64,000 bases of DNA from Planctomycetota bacterium (GTDB lineage: Bacteria > Planctomycetota > UBA1135 > UBA2386). The stretch is from positions 4,192,001-4,256,000 of the forward strand of contig OZ245006.1 of assembly GCA_965223545.1 (NCBI GenBank), read 5' to 3'. The translations under genes were made by a program, and so were the position numbers. Shown here one piece after another: positions 49,230 to 60,858 of this stretch; within the stretch, counting starts at the first letter, position 1, and the number at the start of each line of letters is the position of its first letter. The notes beneath the pieces were generated by a model. That model was not told the origin of the DNA. It was given only the letters and a program-made list of their open reading frames with translations, and did no database searches.

Positions 49230-51583
49230 TCGTGGGCGACGAGGGCTTCTCGCAGGCGTTCGACGTCGGCTTGGCGCTGCGCCGACGAGAGCAGGCCGAT
49301 TGCGCGGTCGCCCATCTCCCGGGCCTGATCTACGAGCCCGAGTTTGAGCAACACCATCGTCGCCATGTGGCAGGCATCGGCGGAGTCGGGGTGCGCGTCG
49401 AGGTGGGTGGTGAGCACGTCGAGCGCCTCGGTGAACTCGTCGAACTCGAGATGTAGGCGGCATCGCGACAGAGCCGTGCACTCGGCGCCGCCGGGGAAGT
49501 GGCTGGCTTGTTGCAGCAGGATCCGGGCGCGCTCGTGCCGACCCTTGTCCAGGTACGCGTCCGCCATGCCGACGATCGCCGCCCAGGAAGTAGTGCCGGG
49601 TGCGACCTCGGCGCGGAGCACGTCGTCGTCCCAGGCGAGGCATCGGCGGTAGTGCCAGACCGCCTCGTCGGCTCGGCCGATGCGCAGCGCGACGCGCGCG
49701 GCGGCCGCGTGCAGGTTCGGCGTCGCGACGAAGCAGCGCATCGCGGCGCCGATGACTTCACGGGCGCGCCGCGTGCGGCCAGCGCGTTCGTGCTCGAGCG
49801 CCAGCATGGCGCTCACCTCGGCGGCGTACCACACCGCCGTTTGCTCGGCCATCGGCAGCCGCGCGATGCTGCGAGCGGCGCTCTCCAGGCTGTACAGCGC
49901 CTGCCCCGCGGTGTCCGTTCCCGCGGCCAAGAACATCGCGTACTCGTACAGCGTGTAGTGGTCGTCGGCGTTCTCGTCGAGTTGCTGGCGGAACGCTTGC
50001 TCGTCGCGGCTGCGCAGCGGCTCGCTCGCCTCAACCGCAGTCTCGCCGCATTCGACGACGAGGTCGCAGGTCGCGATTCGGGTCGAGTCGCGGGCCGCGA
50101 CGCTCTGTAGTGACGGGGCGATGCGCGGGCGAGCGCGGTTCTCGAAGCGCACTTCCGGATCGCGGCGGAACAAGCGCAAGACGCGCTGCATCCTGGGCTC
50201 TCCATCCCCTGCGCGGCGCAGGACAACATCCGCGCCGGCGACCTGTGGATCGGCGAGCACCGCCTTGAGCTGTGCCGACGCGTTGGCCGGCAGCGACTCG
50301 TTGGCGTTCAGCCACAACACCCAGTCCCCGCTCGCTTGCTCGAGGCCAGCGTTGAACGCGGCCGCGTAGTCCTCATGCCAGCCGTGCGCGACGACGGTGA
50401 CGCCGAGCTCCGCAGCGCGCTCGAGGACCGGGGCGTCGACTCCCAGGTCGACGGCGATCACCTCGGACGCGGTGGCGACGGCGCGAGTCAGCGCGGCTTC
50501 CGGTGTGGGCACGAGGGGATCGAGCAGCGTGCACACGGTCAAACGAGGAGCGCGCTGCTCGGCTTGCCACGGCGCTTCGGGCGAGGGCCGTGCCGAGGCC
50601 GGGCGCGTGGTGGCCTCGAGCAGCGGCGCCCAGCGGGCGCGCATCACTTTGGCTTCGTCGCGCGCTTGCTCGGCGTCCGCGGCGCGGGGCGTATCGGCGG
50701 GCAGCATCAGCGGCGAGGTGCGCGGTGTGCAACCGAGCGCCTCCATTCGGAGGGCGAGCTCCTGCCACGCGACCGGCGCACACGCCCACTCGGTAGACAG
50801 GGGGCCGGCGAGGAGAAGATCGAGCCGGCGCATCATCAGTCCGTTCAAGTCGCCGTTCTTCTCGGCACTGTTGGCGGGGCAGATGGCGCCGCGGGCGACG
50901 CCGCGCAGCAGGTCCTGCAGCAGCTCGTCGGTCGGCTGACTGCCGGCGCGAAGGAGCCAGACAACATCGCCGCGGGCGTTCGCGATTCCGCGGTTCACCG
51001 CTTCGGCCTCGCTCTCGCCGGTGCACCACAACAGCTCCCAGTCACCGGGCAACGCGTTGGTCAGCCAGTGCTGCGTCTCGTCGCGCTGCGCCGGGTCGCC
51101 GAACAGCAGGGCGGTGCCGGCGCGGGCGACGGCCTTGCGCACTCGAGCCCAGTAGCGCGTCGGTGCCGGGCCGCCAGCGAACGCACCGGCCAAGAACCCG
51201 TCGTTGTGGATCGATGTCGCGAAGCTCGCCTGCGTGGCGTCGTCACGCGCCGGTACCGCGAGCAGATCGATCACCTGGAGGCCGGCGGCGTCGGCCGCCT
51301 CGAGTAGGTCGCGCATCAGCACGGCGCGTTCCGGCTCACCGGGTCGGCCGAGCGGGTCGAATGGCCCGGGCTGCCCTTCGATTGCCAGGCGCAGGGCACG
51401 GGGCCCCTGCATGTTCTCGACGTCGAGCAGCACTTCGCCACCCGGCAAGACCCGCGATGCCAGCGACGACAGGAAGCGGGTCAGGTTGCCCATCGACGCG
51501 GTCAGCCCCTCGACGATGGCGGCGTCGAACGGGCCCTCCGGTAGACGCAGGAACGGACCGTCCTGGTAGCCGTCGCGCGGCAT
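49226..51583 (-). CDS. GT2-like + TPR multidomain protein with degenerate motifs
   Basis: HGWHEDYAAAFNAGLEQASGDWVLWLNANE and RLFRRDPEVRFE (GT2 scaffold), then TPR-like helices; N-terminal methyltransferase-like remnant (VLPGGEVLLDVEN). Start uncertain. Confidence 0.65.
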   Translation of the reverse strand: MPRDGYQDGPFLRLPEGPFDAAIVEGLTASMGNLTRFLSSLASRVLPGGEVLLDVENMQGPRALRLAIEGQPGPFDPLGRPGEPERAVLMRDLLEAADAAGLQVIDLLAVPARDDATQASFATSIHNDGFLAGAFAGGPAPTRYWARVRKAVARAGTALLFGDPAQRDETQHWLTNALPGDWELLWCTGESEAEAVNRGIANARGDVVWLLRAGSQPTDELLQDLLRGVARGAICPANSAEKNGDLNGLMMRRLDLLLAGPLSTEWACAPVAWQELALRMEALGCTPRTSPLMLPADTPRAADAEQARDEAKVMRARWAPLLEATTRPASARPSPEAPWQAEQRAPRLTVCTLLDPLVPTPEAALTRAVATASEVIAVDLGVDAPVLERAAELGVTVVAHGWHEDYAAAFNAGLEQASGDWVLWLNANESLPANASAQLKAVLADPQVAGADVVLRRAGDGEPRMQRVLRLFRRDPEVRFENRARPRIAPSLQSVAARDSTRIATCDLVVECGETAVEASEPLRSRDEQAFRQQLDENADDHYTLYEYAMFLAAGTDTAGQALYSLESAARSIARLPMAEQTAVWYAAEVSAMLALEHERAGRTRRAREVIGAAMRCFVATPNLHAAAARVALRIGRADEAVWHYRRCLAWDDDVLRAEVAPGTTSWAAIVGMADAYLDKGRHERARILLQQASHFPGGAECTALSRCRLHLEFDEFTEALDVLTTHLDAHPDSADACHMATMVLLKLGLVDQAREMGDRAIGLLSSAQRQADVERLREALVAHD

Positions 51584-51758
51584 GCAGAGCACGCGGCCCC
51601 GCACTGGCTCGATATCGCATCGCGACGAGACTTCTCCCGAGAAGCCGACTGCCCAACGGCTGCGTGCTTGATCCTGCAAGGTTCGCCTCTCCGAATTCCC
51701 TCTGGCCACGACATCGACCGATGGGCCGGGCCAACTTCACTGGCAACGCGTCACCGCC

Positions 51759-52532
51759 TCACAGGCGTGCGCGCATCTCGCAATCGTTCACCAGGCGAGA
51801 CTCGAACTGCACCACGCGGTTCGGCACCGGCGCCGCGACCAGCTGTTGCAGAAGTCCACGGTCGCCGTCCTCCGGCACCAGTGGCGGATAGCCGTGGTAG
51901 AGCAGATGCGAGGTGAACGCGACGAACCCCATGACCAGATTCAGGTCCGGAAACGGCGAGCAGCGCACCAGACGCCAGAGCAAGCGCGGCGCTTGCCGCA
52001 CGGGGTGCAAGGTGGCGAAGTCCTCGCCTTCGCCGTAGCGCTCGGTGGCCCGGAACGTGTCCAGGTGCACGTGGATCTCGTCACCGGAGGGATAGTCGAT
52101 GCCCGGGATCGCGTCCCAGGGCTCGTCGCGCCGGACGCAGTTGTTGCGGAACCTGGCGATTCCATCGGTGAGCTGGGAGAACAGCTCCGAGCAGCCCCAT
52201 CCGTGCAGCGGCTTGGCTGCCATCGCCCGTTGCCGCAGTCCGGCGAGCACCTGGCCCAAGCCGCGCACCATCTGCAGCTCGTGATGCGGGGTGGCGAAGT
52301 GCCCCGAGCCACCGCTGATGATGTCCGTGGCCTGGTCCGCGTCGATCTTGAGGCCGCGCAGCCCGAGCGTGCGGGCGACCCACAGGCCGTCGTGCACCGG
52401 GTCGGGATCGAGCCAGGGGAGGCGCCACTGCTGCGGGTCATCCAGCGCGTCGAGTTGGCTCGCGGTGAACGCGGCCAGCGCCAGATCGAGCCTCTCGAGC
52501 AGGGTCAGGTGTCGGTTGGATACTCCTCCCAT
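51759..52532 (-). CDS. Fic/Doc-fold-like protein lacking the catalytic motif
   Basis: HPVRQA...LVRCSPFPDLNLVMGF...LLYHGYPPL aligns by eye to the Fic core HPFxDGNGRxxR...LxxxGYPP. Confidence 0.55.
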   Translation of the reverse strand: MGGVSNRHLTLLERLDLALAAFTASQLDALDDPQQWRLPWLDPDPVHDGLWVARTLGLRGLKIDADQATDIISGGSGHFATPHHELQMVRGLGQVLAGLRQRAMAAKPLHGWGCSELFSQLTDGIARFRNNCVRRDEPWDAIPGIDYPSGDEIHVHLDTFRATERYGEGEDFATLHPVRQAPRLLWRLVRCSPFPDLNLVMGFVAFTSHLLYHGYPPLVPEDGDRGLLQQLVAAPVPNRVVQFESRLVNDCEMRARL

Positions 52533-52573
52533 GCCTGCCGGGCCTTTTCGGCATAATCCGTGCTGGCTCCGTG

Positions 52574-54679
52574 ATGGAAAACAAACCCACAGAACGCCGC
52601 CGGCGGCCGCTCGTGCGACTGTTCAAGATCTGCACGGTCCTCGCGCTGGTGCTCGCCGGTATCGTCGCCCTCGTGCCGACCGCGCTGTCGACCGGTGTCG
52701 CGCGCGACAAGCTGCAGCGGGCGCTCACCGATGCGCTCGGCACGCGCGTCGGAATCGCCGACCACAGCATCGGCTGGCTGTCCGGGTTCGCCATGGAGGG
52801 CCTGTCGATCGCCAACCCGAGCGGCTTTGTCGAGGGTGAGTTGCTGTCGGTGCAGCGGGTGGCCGGCGACCTCTCGTTCTGGCCGTTGCTGCGCGGGCGC
52901 GTCGCCTTCGAGGGGTCGGTCGAGGGATTGGACTTGGCCGTGGTGCAGCGCGCCGACGGACGCACCAACCTGCAAGCCCTGGCCGGGGATGTGCAGCCCC
53001 ATCGCGACAAGCAACGCCGCTCGCCCGATCCGCACCCGGGGCCGGCGGTGCCTCGCGCCGGCGGCCTGGATTGGTTGTGGCTCGATCTCGAACTGCGCGA
53101 CAGCCGCGTCGAGCTGGTGCACGAGCGCGAGGGGGTGCTCGAGCGGCTCGAGGATCTGCAGGCCACGGTCGCCAAGAGCTATGGCAGTAGCGATGTGCGC
53201 CTGTCCGTGCAGGCGGCGCTGCGCCGTCCCGGCGCGGAGGTCCCCGGGCGCGTCGATCTGGACGTCGACGTCGACGCCGGGTTCACCCGACCGATCGACG
53301 TGCGCTTCGATGTCTCCAGCCTCGATCTGTCCCGCTACCGCCCATTGCTCAACACGATCTTGGGACCCGAGCAGGTCAGCGCATTCGACGGGATCGTCAG
53401 CGGCAACGGTCAGGCACAGATCGACGCGCGGCAGCGCACGGTGCGCACTACGGGCCTGCTGGAAGTCGATCGGCCGCGAGTCGGCGGCGCGCTGCTGTCC
53501 GGGATGAATGTCGAGGCTCCGCGTTGGTCGGTGCGTCCCAATCTGACCGTCGAGTTGGGCAGCGGCGGAACGGTGCCGCTGATCGCGGCGGAAGGGCTGC
53601 GCGTCGATCTGGGTTTCCTGCAGCTGTCCGGCATGCCGGCGGACAAGGCGGCCGCGGCCAACGCCGGCCGGCCTTCACTGGGGGTGGACGTGGCCCTCGA
53701 TCTCGGCGCGCTCGGCGGCTTTGGCGGTCCCTTCTCGGGCCTCGTCGGCGCCAGCGGTTCGGTGCGCGGCAACGCGGCGCTGGCCGTGGTCGAGGGGTTG
53801 TTCGATGGCAGTGCTTCGGGCGACGACTTGATGGGGTTGGTCGCCGCGCATTTCGATGCCGCGCTCGAGCGGGCCGAGCTCGCGGGACACGTGGTCGCCG
53901 GGCTCACCGGGTCGTTCGACGTCACTGGTGAGGACATCGCGCTGCGGGTGGACGCGACGGTCGCGGGTGGGCCCGCCGAGCTGGCCTTGACCACGCGTTC
54001 CGGCGCCGACGGTTGGCCGGCCACTCTCGACTTCGCCTGGCGGGAGGGCGATGTCCGCGTCGAGGGTGTGGGGTTGCTCCGCTACGCGTTGCCCCTGCTG
54101 GCCGGTCTCGACGACAACGGCGGTCTCGACGTCTTGGGCGAAGTCGACGGCAGTCTGCACCTGGAAGGCCCACTGCTCGCCACCGACGATCAGTCGCGGC
54201 TGGAGTGGCTGGATCAGTGGCGGGGCAGTGGGGATGTGGCGTTACGCGGTGGAGGCTTTCGGCCGAGTGGCGTGTTTCAGCCGTTGGGCGAGCTGCTCGG
54301 CCATCGCGCCGAGTGGAAGTTCGACACGCTGCGGTCGGAGTTCCGATTGGCCGATGGCGTCGTCGAGACCGGGCTCACTCAGCTCGACGGTGGTGCCGCC
54401 AAGCTGGGCCTGCGCGGCAGCACCAAGCTGAGCGGTGAACTCGACTACGAGATCGACCTGAGCGGCGCGTTCGCCGGTCACCGCGACGGCGAGAAGATCT
54501 TGGCCGCGCTGGGCGGGTCGCTGCGGGCGGGGGCGATCCGCGGCACGTTGGACGAGCCGCGACTGGAGCTACCCGACATCGGCAACCAGCTGCAAGAGCT
54601 GCTGCGCAAGTCGGCCGGCGACCTGTTGCAGCGCGAGCTGCAGAAGGGGCTCGGCGAGCTGTTCAAACGCGGGCGTTGA
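52574..54679 (+). CDS. AsmA-like envelope protein
   Basis: N-terminal TM, LSIANPSGF, DLSFWPLLRG, DGRTNL; C-terminal LRGSTKLSGELDY and IRGTLDEP motifs followed by an amphipathic helix. Confidence 0.72.
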   Translation: MENKPTERRRRPLVRLFKICTVLALVLAGIVALVPTALSTGVARDKLQRALTDALGTRVGIADHSIGWLSGFAMEGLSIANPSGFVEGELLSVQRVAGDLSFWPLLRGRVAFEGSVEGLDLAVVQRADGRTNLQALAGDVQPHRDKQRRSPDPHPGPAVPRAGGLDWLWLDLELRDSRVELVHEREGVLERLEDLQATVAKSYGSSDVRLSVQAALRRPGAEVPGRVDLDVDVDAGFTRPIDVRFDVSSLDLSRYRPLLNTILGPEQVSAFDGIVSGNGQAQIDARQRTVRTTGLLEVDRPRVGGALLSGMNVEAPRWSVRPNLTVELGSGGTVPLIAAEGLRVDLGFLQLSGMPADKAAAANAGRPSLGVDVALDLGALGGFGGPFSGLVGASGSVRGNAALAVVEGLFDGSASGDDLMGLVAAHFDAALERAELAGHVVAGLTGSFDVTGEDIALRVDATVAGGPAELALTTRSGADGWPATLDFAWREGDVRVEGVGLLRYALPLLAGLDDNGGLDVLGEVDGSLHLEGPLLATDDQSRLEWLDQWRGSGDVALRGGGFRPSGVFQPLGELLGHRAEWKFDTLRSEFRLADGVVETGLTQLDGGAAKLGLRGSTKLSGELDYEIDLSGAFAGHRDGEKILAALGGSLRAGAIRGTLDEPRLELPDIGNQLQELLRKSAGDLLQRELQKGLGELFKRGR

Positions 54680-54685
54680 CGGCGA

Positions 54686-55339
54686 TCAAGCCGTCGGCAG
54701 TGCTTGTGCCCACTCGCCCAAAGCGGCCTCGGCGTCTTCGTCGAGTGAGAGTCGGGCGTCCTTGCTGTCGCGGCAGTGCTCGACCAATCGATCGAAGCAG
54801 CGGTGGCCCAGCTCGCGTTCGCCGTTGTCGACCAACAGCGTGCCGAGGCCGTAGAGCAGCTCGGCGCGCTGGTTGGCGTCGAGCGGACCGGCGCGCAAGC
54901 GGCGGCCGATCGCGGCCAGCGGCTGCCGGATCTCGGCGGTCGCGCTGCGCGTCGCCGTGACCAACCACGCGCCGCCGCCGGCCGAGGTGGCGGTGGCGTC
55001 GGCGAAACCGCCGAGGCACTGCAGCATCGCGACCACGCCCGCGCCGTCGTCGGCGCTGTGACCGAGAAGGCCGACCTGTCCACCTTCGCGCAGCACCCGG
55101 CGCCATTCGGCGATCTCCGTGACCCAATCGGTGACGCCTTCGATCGGGCCCAGCGCCACGATGGCGTCGGCGCTGGCGTCGGCGAACTCGCCGAACTCAT
55201 GGCTACCACCGCTCCAGGGCCGGGGGATCAGCCTGGTGCCGCTGAGCAGCTCGTGTGAGCCGCCGGGCAGCTCGATGGTCAAGCCGTTGACCATCTCCTG
55301 GAGTGCCGGCGCTTCCGTGCTGAGATCGAGTGTCTGCAT
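54686..55339 (-). CDS. Hypothetical protein: methyltransferase-like remnant plus TPR-like helix pair
   Basis: FADASADAIV...EWRRVLREGG resembles class I MTase motifs II/III but motif I is absent; C-terminal ELLYGLGTLL. Start uncertain. Confidence 0.5.
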   Translation of the reverse strand: MQTLDLSTEAPALQEMVNGLTIELPGGSHELLSGTRLIPRPWSGGSHEFGEFADASADAIVALGPIEGVTDWVTEIAEWRRVLREGGQVGLLGHSADDGAGVVAMLQCLGGFADATATSAGGGAWLVTATRSATAEIRQPLAAIGRRLRAGPLDANQRAELLYGLGTLLVDNGERELGHRCFDRLVEHCRDSKDARLSLDEDAEAALGEWAQALPTA

Positions 55340-55515
55340 GAGTTCCTCTGCGCTGCGGGTCACTGGTGGATATCGGTACGGCGGGGTCTCGTTCTGAACC
55401 GCTACCCCCACTTCTGAGTGGTGGACCTGGCCCCAGGCCGCCATCCGCGCGGAGGGGTGCCGCGCCCGGTCGATTTGTTCAATTTCGGTTCTTCCCTATC
55501 CCGAAAATCCGACGA

Positions 55516-57295
<1,780 letters not shown>

Positions 57296-57309
<14 letters not shown>

Positions 57310-59002
57310 CGGGGGCCTTCGATGAACGCGCGCTCGCGACCCGCGTCGTGGTGCCGCGGTCCGCGAGCAGCGCCCTGACTCCCATGGCCCCGCACGCAGC
57401 GGTCACCAGGGCCCAAATCGCGGCCAGCCAAGCGCCTGGCCAGCCGAAGTGCACGGTGCCGAGCACCATCCACCAGTGGCGAAAGCCCGCGTCTTCCGCC
57501 GCGATCGGCAATCGGGCCACTGCCGGCTCGACCCGCACGCCGAACAACGGCAGCGTCGTGTTCTCCGCTCCGCCCTGCTGCAGGCGGCCCTGTAAGGCGA
57601 GCCCCGCGTAGATCCAGTGGGTGTGCAAGGGACTGAAGCGGGGATCGGTGTTGACGTTGTGATCGATGGCCAGCCCGGCGTCGGGATACACGACCTTGGC
57701 GGCCTCGGTCGCGAGGACCTGTTGGCCCCGGTAGGGAGCCAGCACTCCGCCGAGCGATCCGATGAAGCCGGCGGCGCAGAGCGCGATCGCCATACCGGCG
57801 TGCCTGCGCGACCACCATCGCCAAGGCCGTGCCGAGCCGAGGACCACGCAGATCACCAGCACCGCGCTCGGCGTCACGTAGCGAATGCCCCAGCACTGTC
57901 CAGCCGCCCAGCTACTGGTGTGGCCGAGCAGGCCGACCGGCAGAGCCAGGCAGAGCCATGCGCTCCACACCCACCCGCCGCGGGCACGCCGAGTGATGGT
58001 CAACGCGAGTGCCCAGATCAACGGCAGGCTGAACAACAACACCCCTTTGCCGGGCGCGAGCAGCATCGCTGGGATGCCGAAGAGCGGAGGAAAGCTGGCC
58101 CACGCGTCGTTCATCCCGGGGCCGTAGCCGGTCGCCAGAGCGTCGCCGAAGCGCCAGTGGTTGGCCCACAGCAACAGAGCTGCCCACGGTAGCCCGCCGG
58201 CGACCAGCGCGAGCACGCGTGATGCGCGTCCGGAGCGCCAGGCGTGGAAGGCGAACAGCACCGACAACACCGCTACCAGAGCGCCGTGTGGATAGCGCAC
58301 CAGCACGGCGCAGCCGCCGGCAGTGCCGGCAAGCCACGGCAGCCACCACGAACGAGTGCCGCCGCGGATCGCGTGCGCGACGCCGCATGCCATCGCCAAC
58401 AAGAAGAAGCCGCCGGGCATGTCCGACATGGTCTCCGCCGTACCCGGCCAGAACTGGGTGCACAGCGTGCAGATGATGCCGACGACCAGCGCTTCCGCGC
58501 GGCGGCAGCCGAGCGCCATCGCCAGGGACACGAGCAGCACGAAGCAGCCGGCGGCGAACAGCGCCGGCGACATGCCGACGCAGAAGCGAACCCAGTACTC
58601 GTCGCCCATCACCGGCCCGCGCAGCTCTGCGTAGCGGCGCACCGGTTCCGGCCAACGCTCGCCGAGCCACTGTCCGATCGCGACGAACGGGACGAGGAGG
58701 GCCTGGTGGCCAATGGGATACTGCGCGTAGCCGAGGCCGTTACGACCGAGGATGCCAAGGGTGTCGTCGGCCATCTGTCCGGCGAGCCAACGCTCGGCCG
58801 GCCGCTCCGCATCGGCGCGCATGCCGGGGTCGCCGCGCTCGTACCAGGCGCGCGCCGCGATCATGGTGACGTCGGTGTCGGTGTTCTCGATCGTGCCGTG
58901 GGTGGACCAGCCGAAGCAGCCAAACGCGGCCAGCCAGAGCAGTGGCCAGGCCCACCGAGCGCGGCGGTCACGGTGGTCCGGCGAACGCGATGCGGCCGTC
59001 AT
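57296..59002 (-). CDS. Polytopic membrane protein, GT-C-like
   Basis: NTD motif after TM1, YAQYPIG, NHWRFGDALATGY, PGKGVLLFS and WGIRY motifs; many TMs. Confidence 0.55.
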
Positions 59003-59038
59003 GTCCGCGCCGTCCGCGGTTGGCCGGCGGCCGACCGA

Positions 59039-60652
59039 TCAGCTGGCGACGCGGCCGACGCGGTCACGCTGTAGTTCGACCATCGCCGGGGTTGCCGTGG
59101 CGCGCGTTGCGCGGCGCCGCAGCAGGGCGTTGAGCCGGTGCTCCAACGAGGTCTCACCTTCGTTCTTGAAGACGTTTCGGATCAGGCGGAAGAAGCGCCA
59201 CGGGCGGATCAGGAACGACAGCGCGAAGAACGAGATCATGCCGAATCCGCGCCAGAGACCCAGCTCGAAAGCGCCGACGTGGTCGCAGTAGTCGATCGAG
59301 CTCAGCAGGTTGCGGTTGCCGGCAAGCGATCGGAAGTAATCGCCGTCGAGGTTGCCGATCTTGTTGCGCGCGCGGAGGTCGTCGAACATCTCGGTGCCGG
59401 GATACGGCGAGAACATGAAGCACGCCAGGTCGTGGACGCCGATCACCGCGAGCTTCCAACAGAACCAAAGGGTCGCCATCAGATGGCGCCGCCGCTCGTG
59501 CGGGAAGCCGAAGATGACGTGCGTCTTGACGATGATCCCCTGACGCAGCGCGGCGCGGATCGAGGACTTGAGCCGCGGCAGCTTGACCTGCTTCTTGATC
59601 AGCTTGAGGGTCTCGACCGAGCCGCTCTCCGGCGCGTAGGTCACGTTGCGACAGCCGGTGCGATACAGCGCGGCGGCGACCTCGTCGTCGATGACCTCGG
59701 AGCGCGTGCCGCCGGGCAGCTGCCACGTGAAGTTCATGCCACGCCGCTCGATGCCCTCGCAGAACTCCAGGATCCACTTCTTCTTGACGACCATCGTCAG
59801 GTCGAAGAAGTCGAAGTTCTCGGCCTGGTACTTGTCCATGTACAGCTGCAGCTCGTCGAGCACGTCATCCGGGTCGCGCATGACGTAGACGGTGCCGTAC
59901 ATCTGTGGGTTGGAGCAGAACGTGCAGCGGTAGGGGCAGCCGCGCGTGGCTAGGATGCCCATGCTGCGGCCGCGGTAGACCCCGAAGCCGTTGCGGGTAT
60001 CGAGGTAGGTCTCGATGGGGAGCAGATCCCACGCCGGGTAGGGCAGTGCGTCGATGGCGCGGATGCGCTGCCGCGGTCCGGTCTTCACCACCTCGCCTTC
60101 GGCCAAGAACGCGGTGCCGGGCACTTCTGCCAACGCGGCGCGGTCCCGGCACTTGGCGACGATGTCGATCAGGGTCTCCTCGCCCTCGCCGAGGACGCAG
60201 ATGTCGATCTCCGGCCGATCGCGCAGGCTGTACTCGGTCAGCGCGGTGATGTGCTCGCCGCCGGTGACGATGAGCACGTCGGGGAGCGCTTCGCGCACGG
60301 CGCGAATCAGCCGCCGGGTCCACGGCCAATCCTGCGTGAACATGCAGCTGATGGCGACGATGTCCGTATTCGGATCGATGCGGGCGACCGTCTGCTCGAT
60401 CGTCAGACCTTGCAGCAGGTAGCCCGATTCTTCGACGATCTGCGTCGGCGCCTCGGCCAACGCGTCGATGATGGCGACCGGGATTTCGTTCTTCCGCAGG
60501 ACGGCGGCCAGGTAGGCGACGCCGAGTGGTGGTGTCAGTGACGACACCCACGCCCCGCCCGAACCGACCATGGTCGGCCGCACCAGGGTGACGTGTGCGG
60601 GCGCGGTTTCGGCGTCGGTCGAGTGCGCCAGCGATGCGAGATCGGCAGTCAT
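59039..60652 (-). CDS. Cobalamin-binding radical SAM protein
   Basis: PPLGVAYLAA, GGEHIT, GEGEET, LPYPAWDL, TRGCPYRCTFC (CxxxCxxC), ESGS and PYPGT motifs; ATG 60652. Confidence 0.9.
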   Translation of the reverse strand: MTADLASLAHSTDAETAPAHVTLVRPTMVGSGGAWVSSLTPPLGVAYLAAVLRKNEIPVAIIDALAEAPTQIVEESGYLLQGLTIEQTVARIDPNTDIVAISCMFTQDWPWTRRLIRAVREALPDVLIVTGGEHITALTEYSLRDRPEIDICVLGEGEETLIDIVAKCRDRAALAEVPGTAFLAEGEVVKTGPRQRIRAIDALPYPAWDLLPIETYLDTRNGFGVYRGRSMGILATRGCPYRCTFCSNPQMYGTVYVMRDPDDVLDELQLYMDKYQAENFDFFDLTMVVKKKWILEFCEGIERRGMNFTWQLPGGTRSEVIDDEVAAALYRTGCRNVTYAPESGSVETLKLIKKQVKLPRLKSSIRAALRQGIIVKTHVIFGFPHERRRHLMATLWFCWKLAVIGVHDLACFMFSPYPGTEMFDDLRARNKIGNLDGDYFRSLAGNRNLLSSIDYCDHVGAFELGLWRGFGMISFFALSFLIRPWRFFRLIRNVFKNEGETSLEHRLNALLRRRATRATATPAMVELQRDRVGRVAS

Positions 60653-60858
60653 GGACCGTCGAGCGTGACTTGGATGATTCGGTGGCGCCATCGAGCCCGG
60701 GCAGGGGCTCGTCGGTGACCTGGCGCCGGGCGAGAGCGAGCTATTAGAGCCTACACCAATCTCTCCCTCCCGCGATTCCCAGCCGGTGCCGGGACGGTCG
60801 ATCGTATCGAAGCGAGACTCCTCGCCCCCCACTGCGGGAACTCCCGCCGTCGGGGCGC

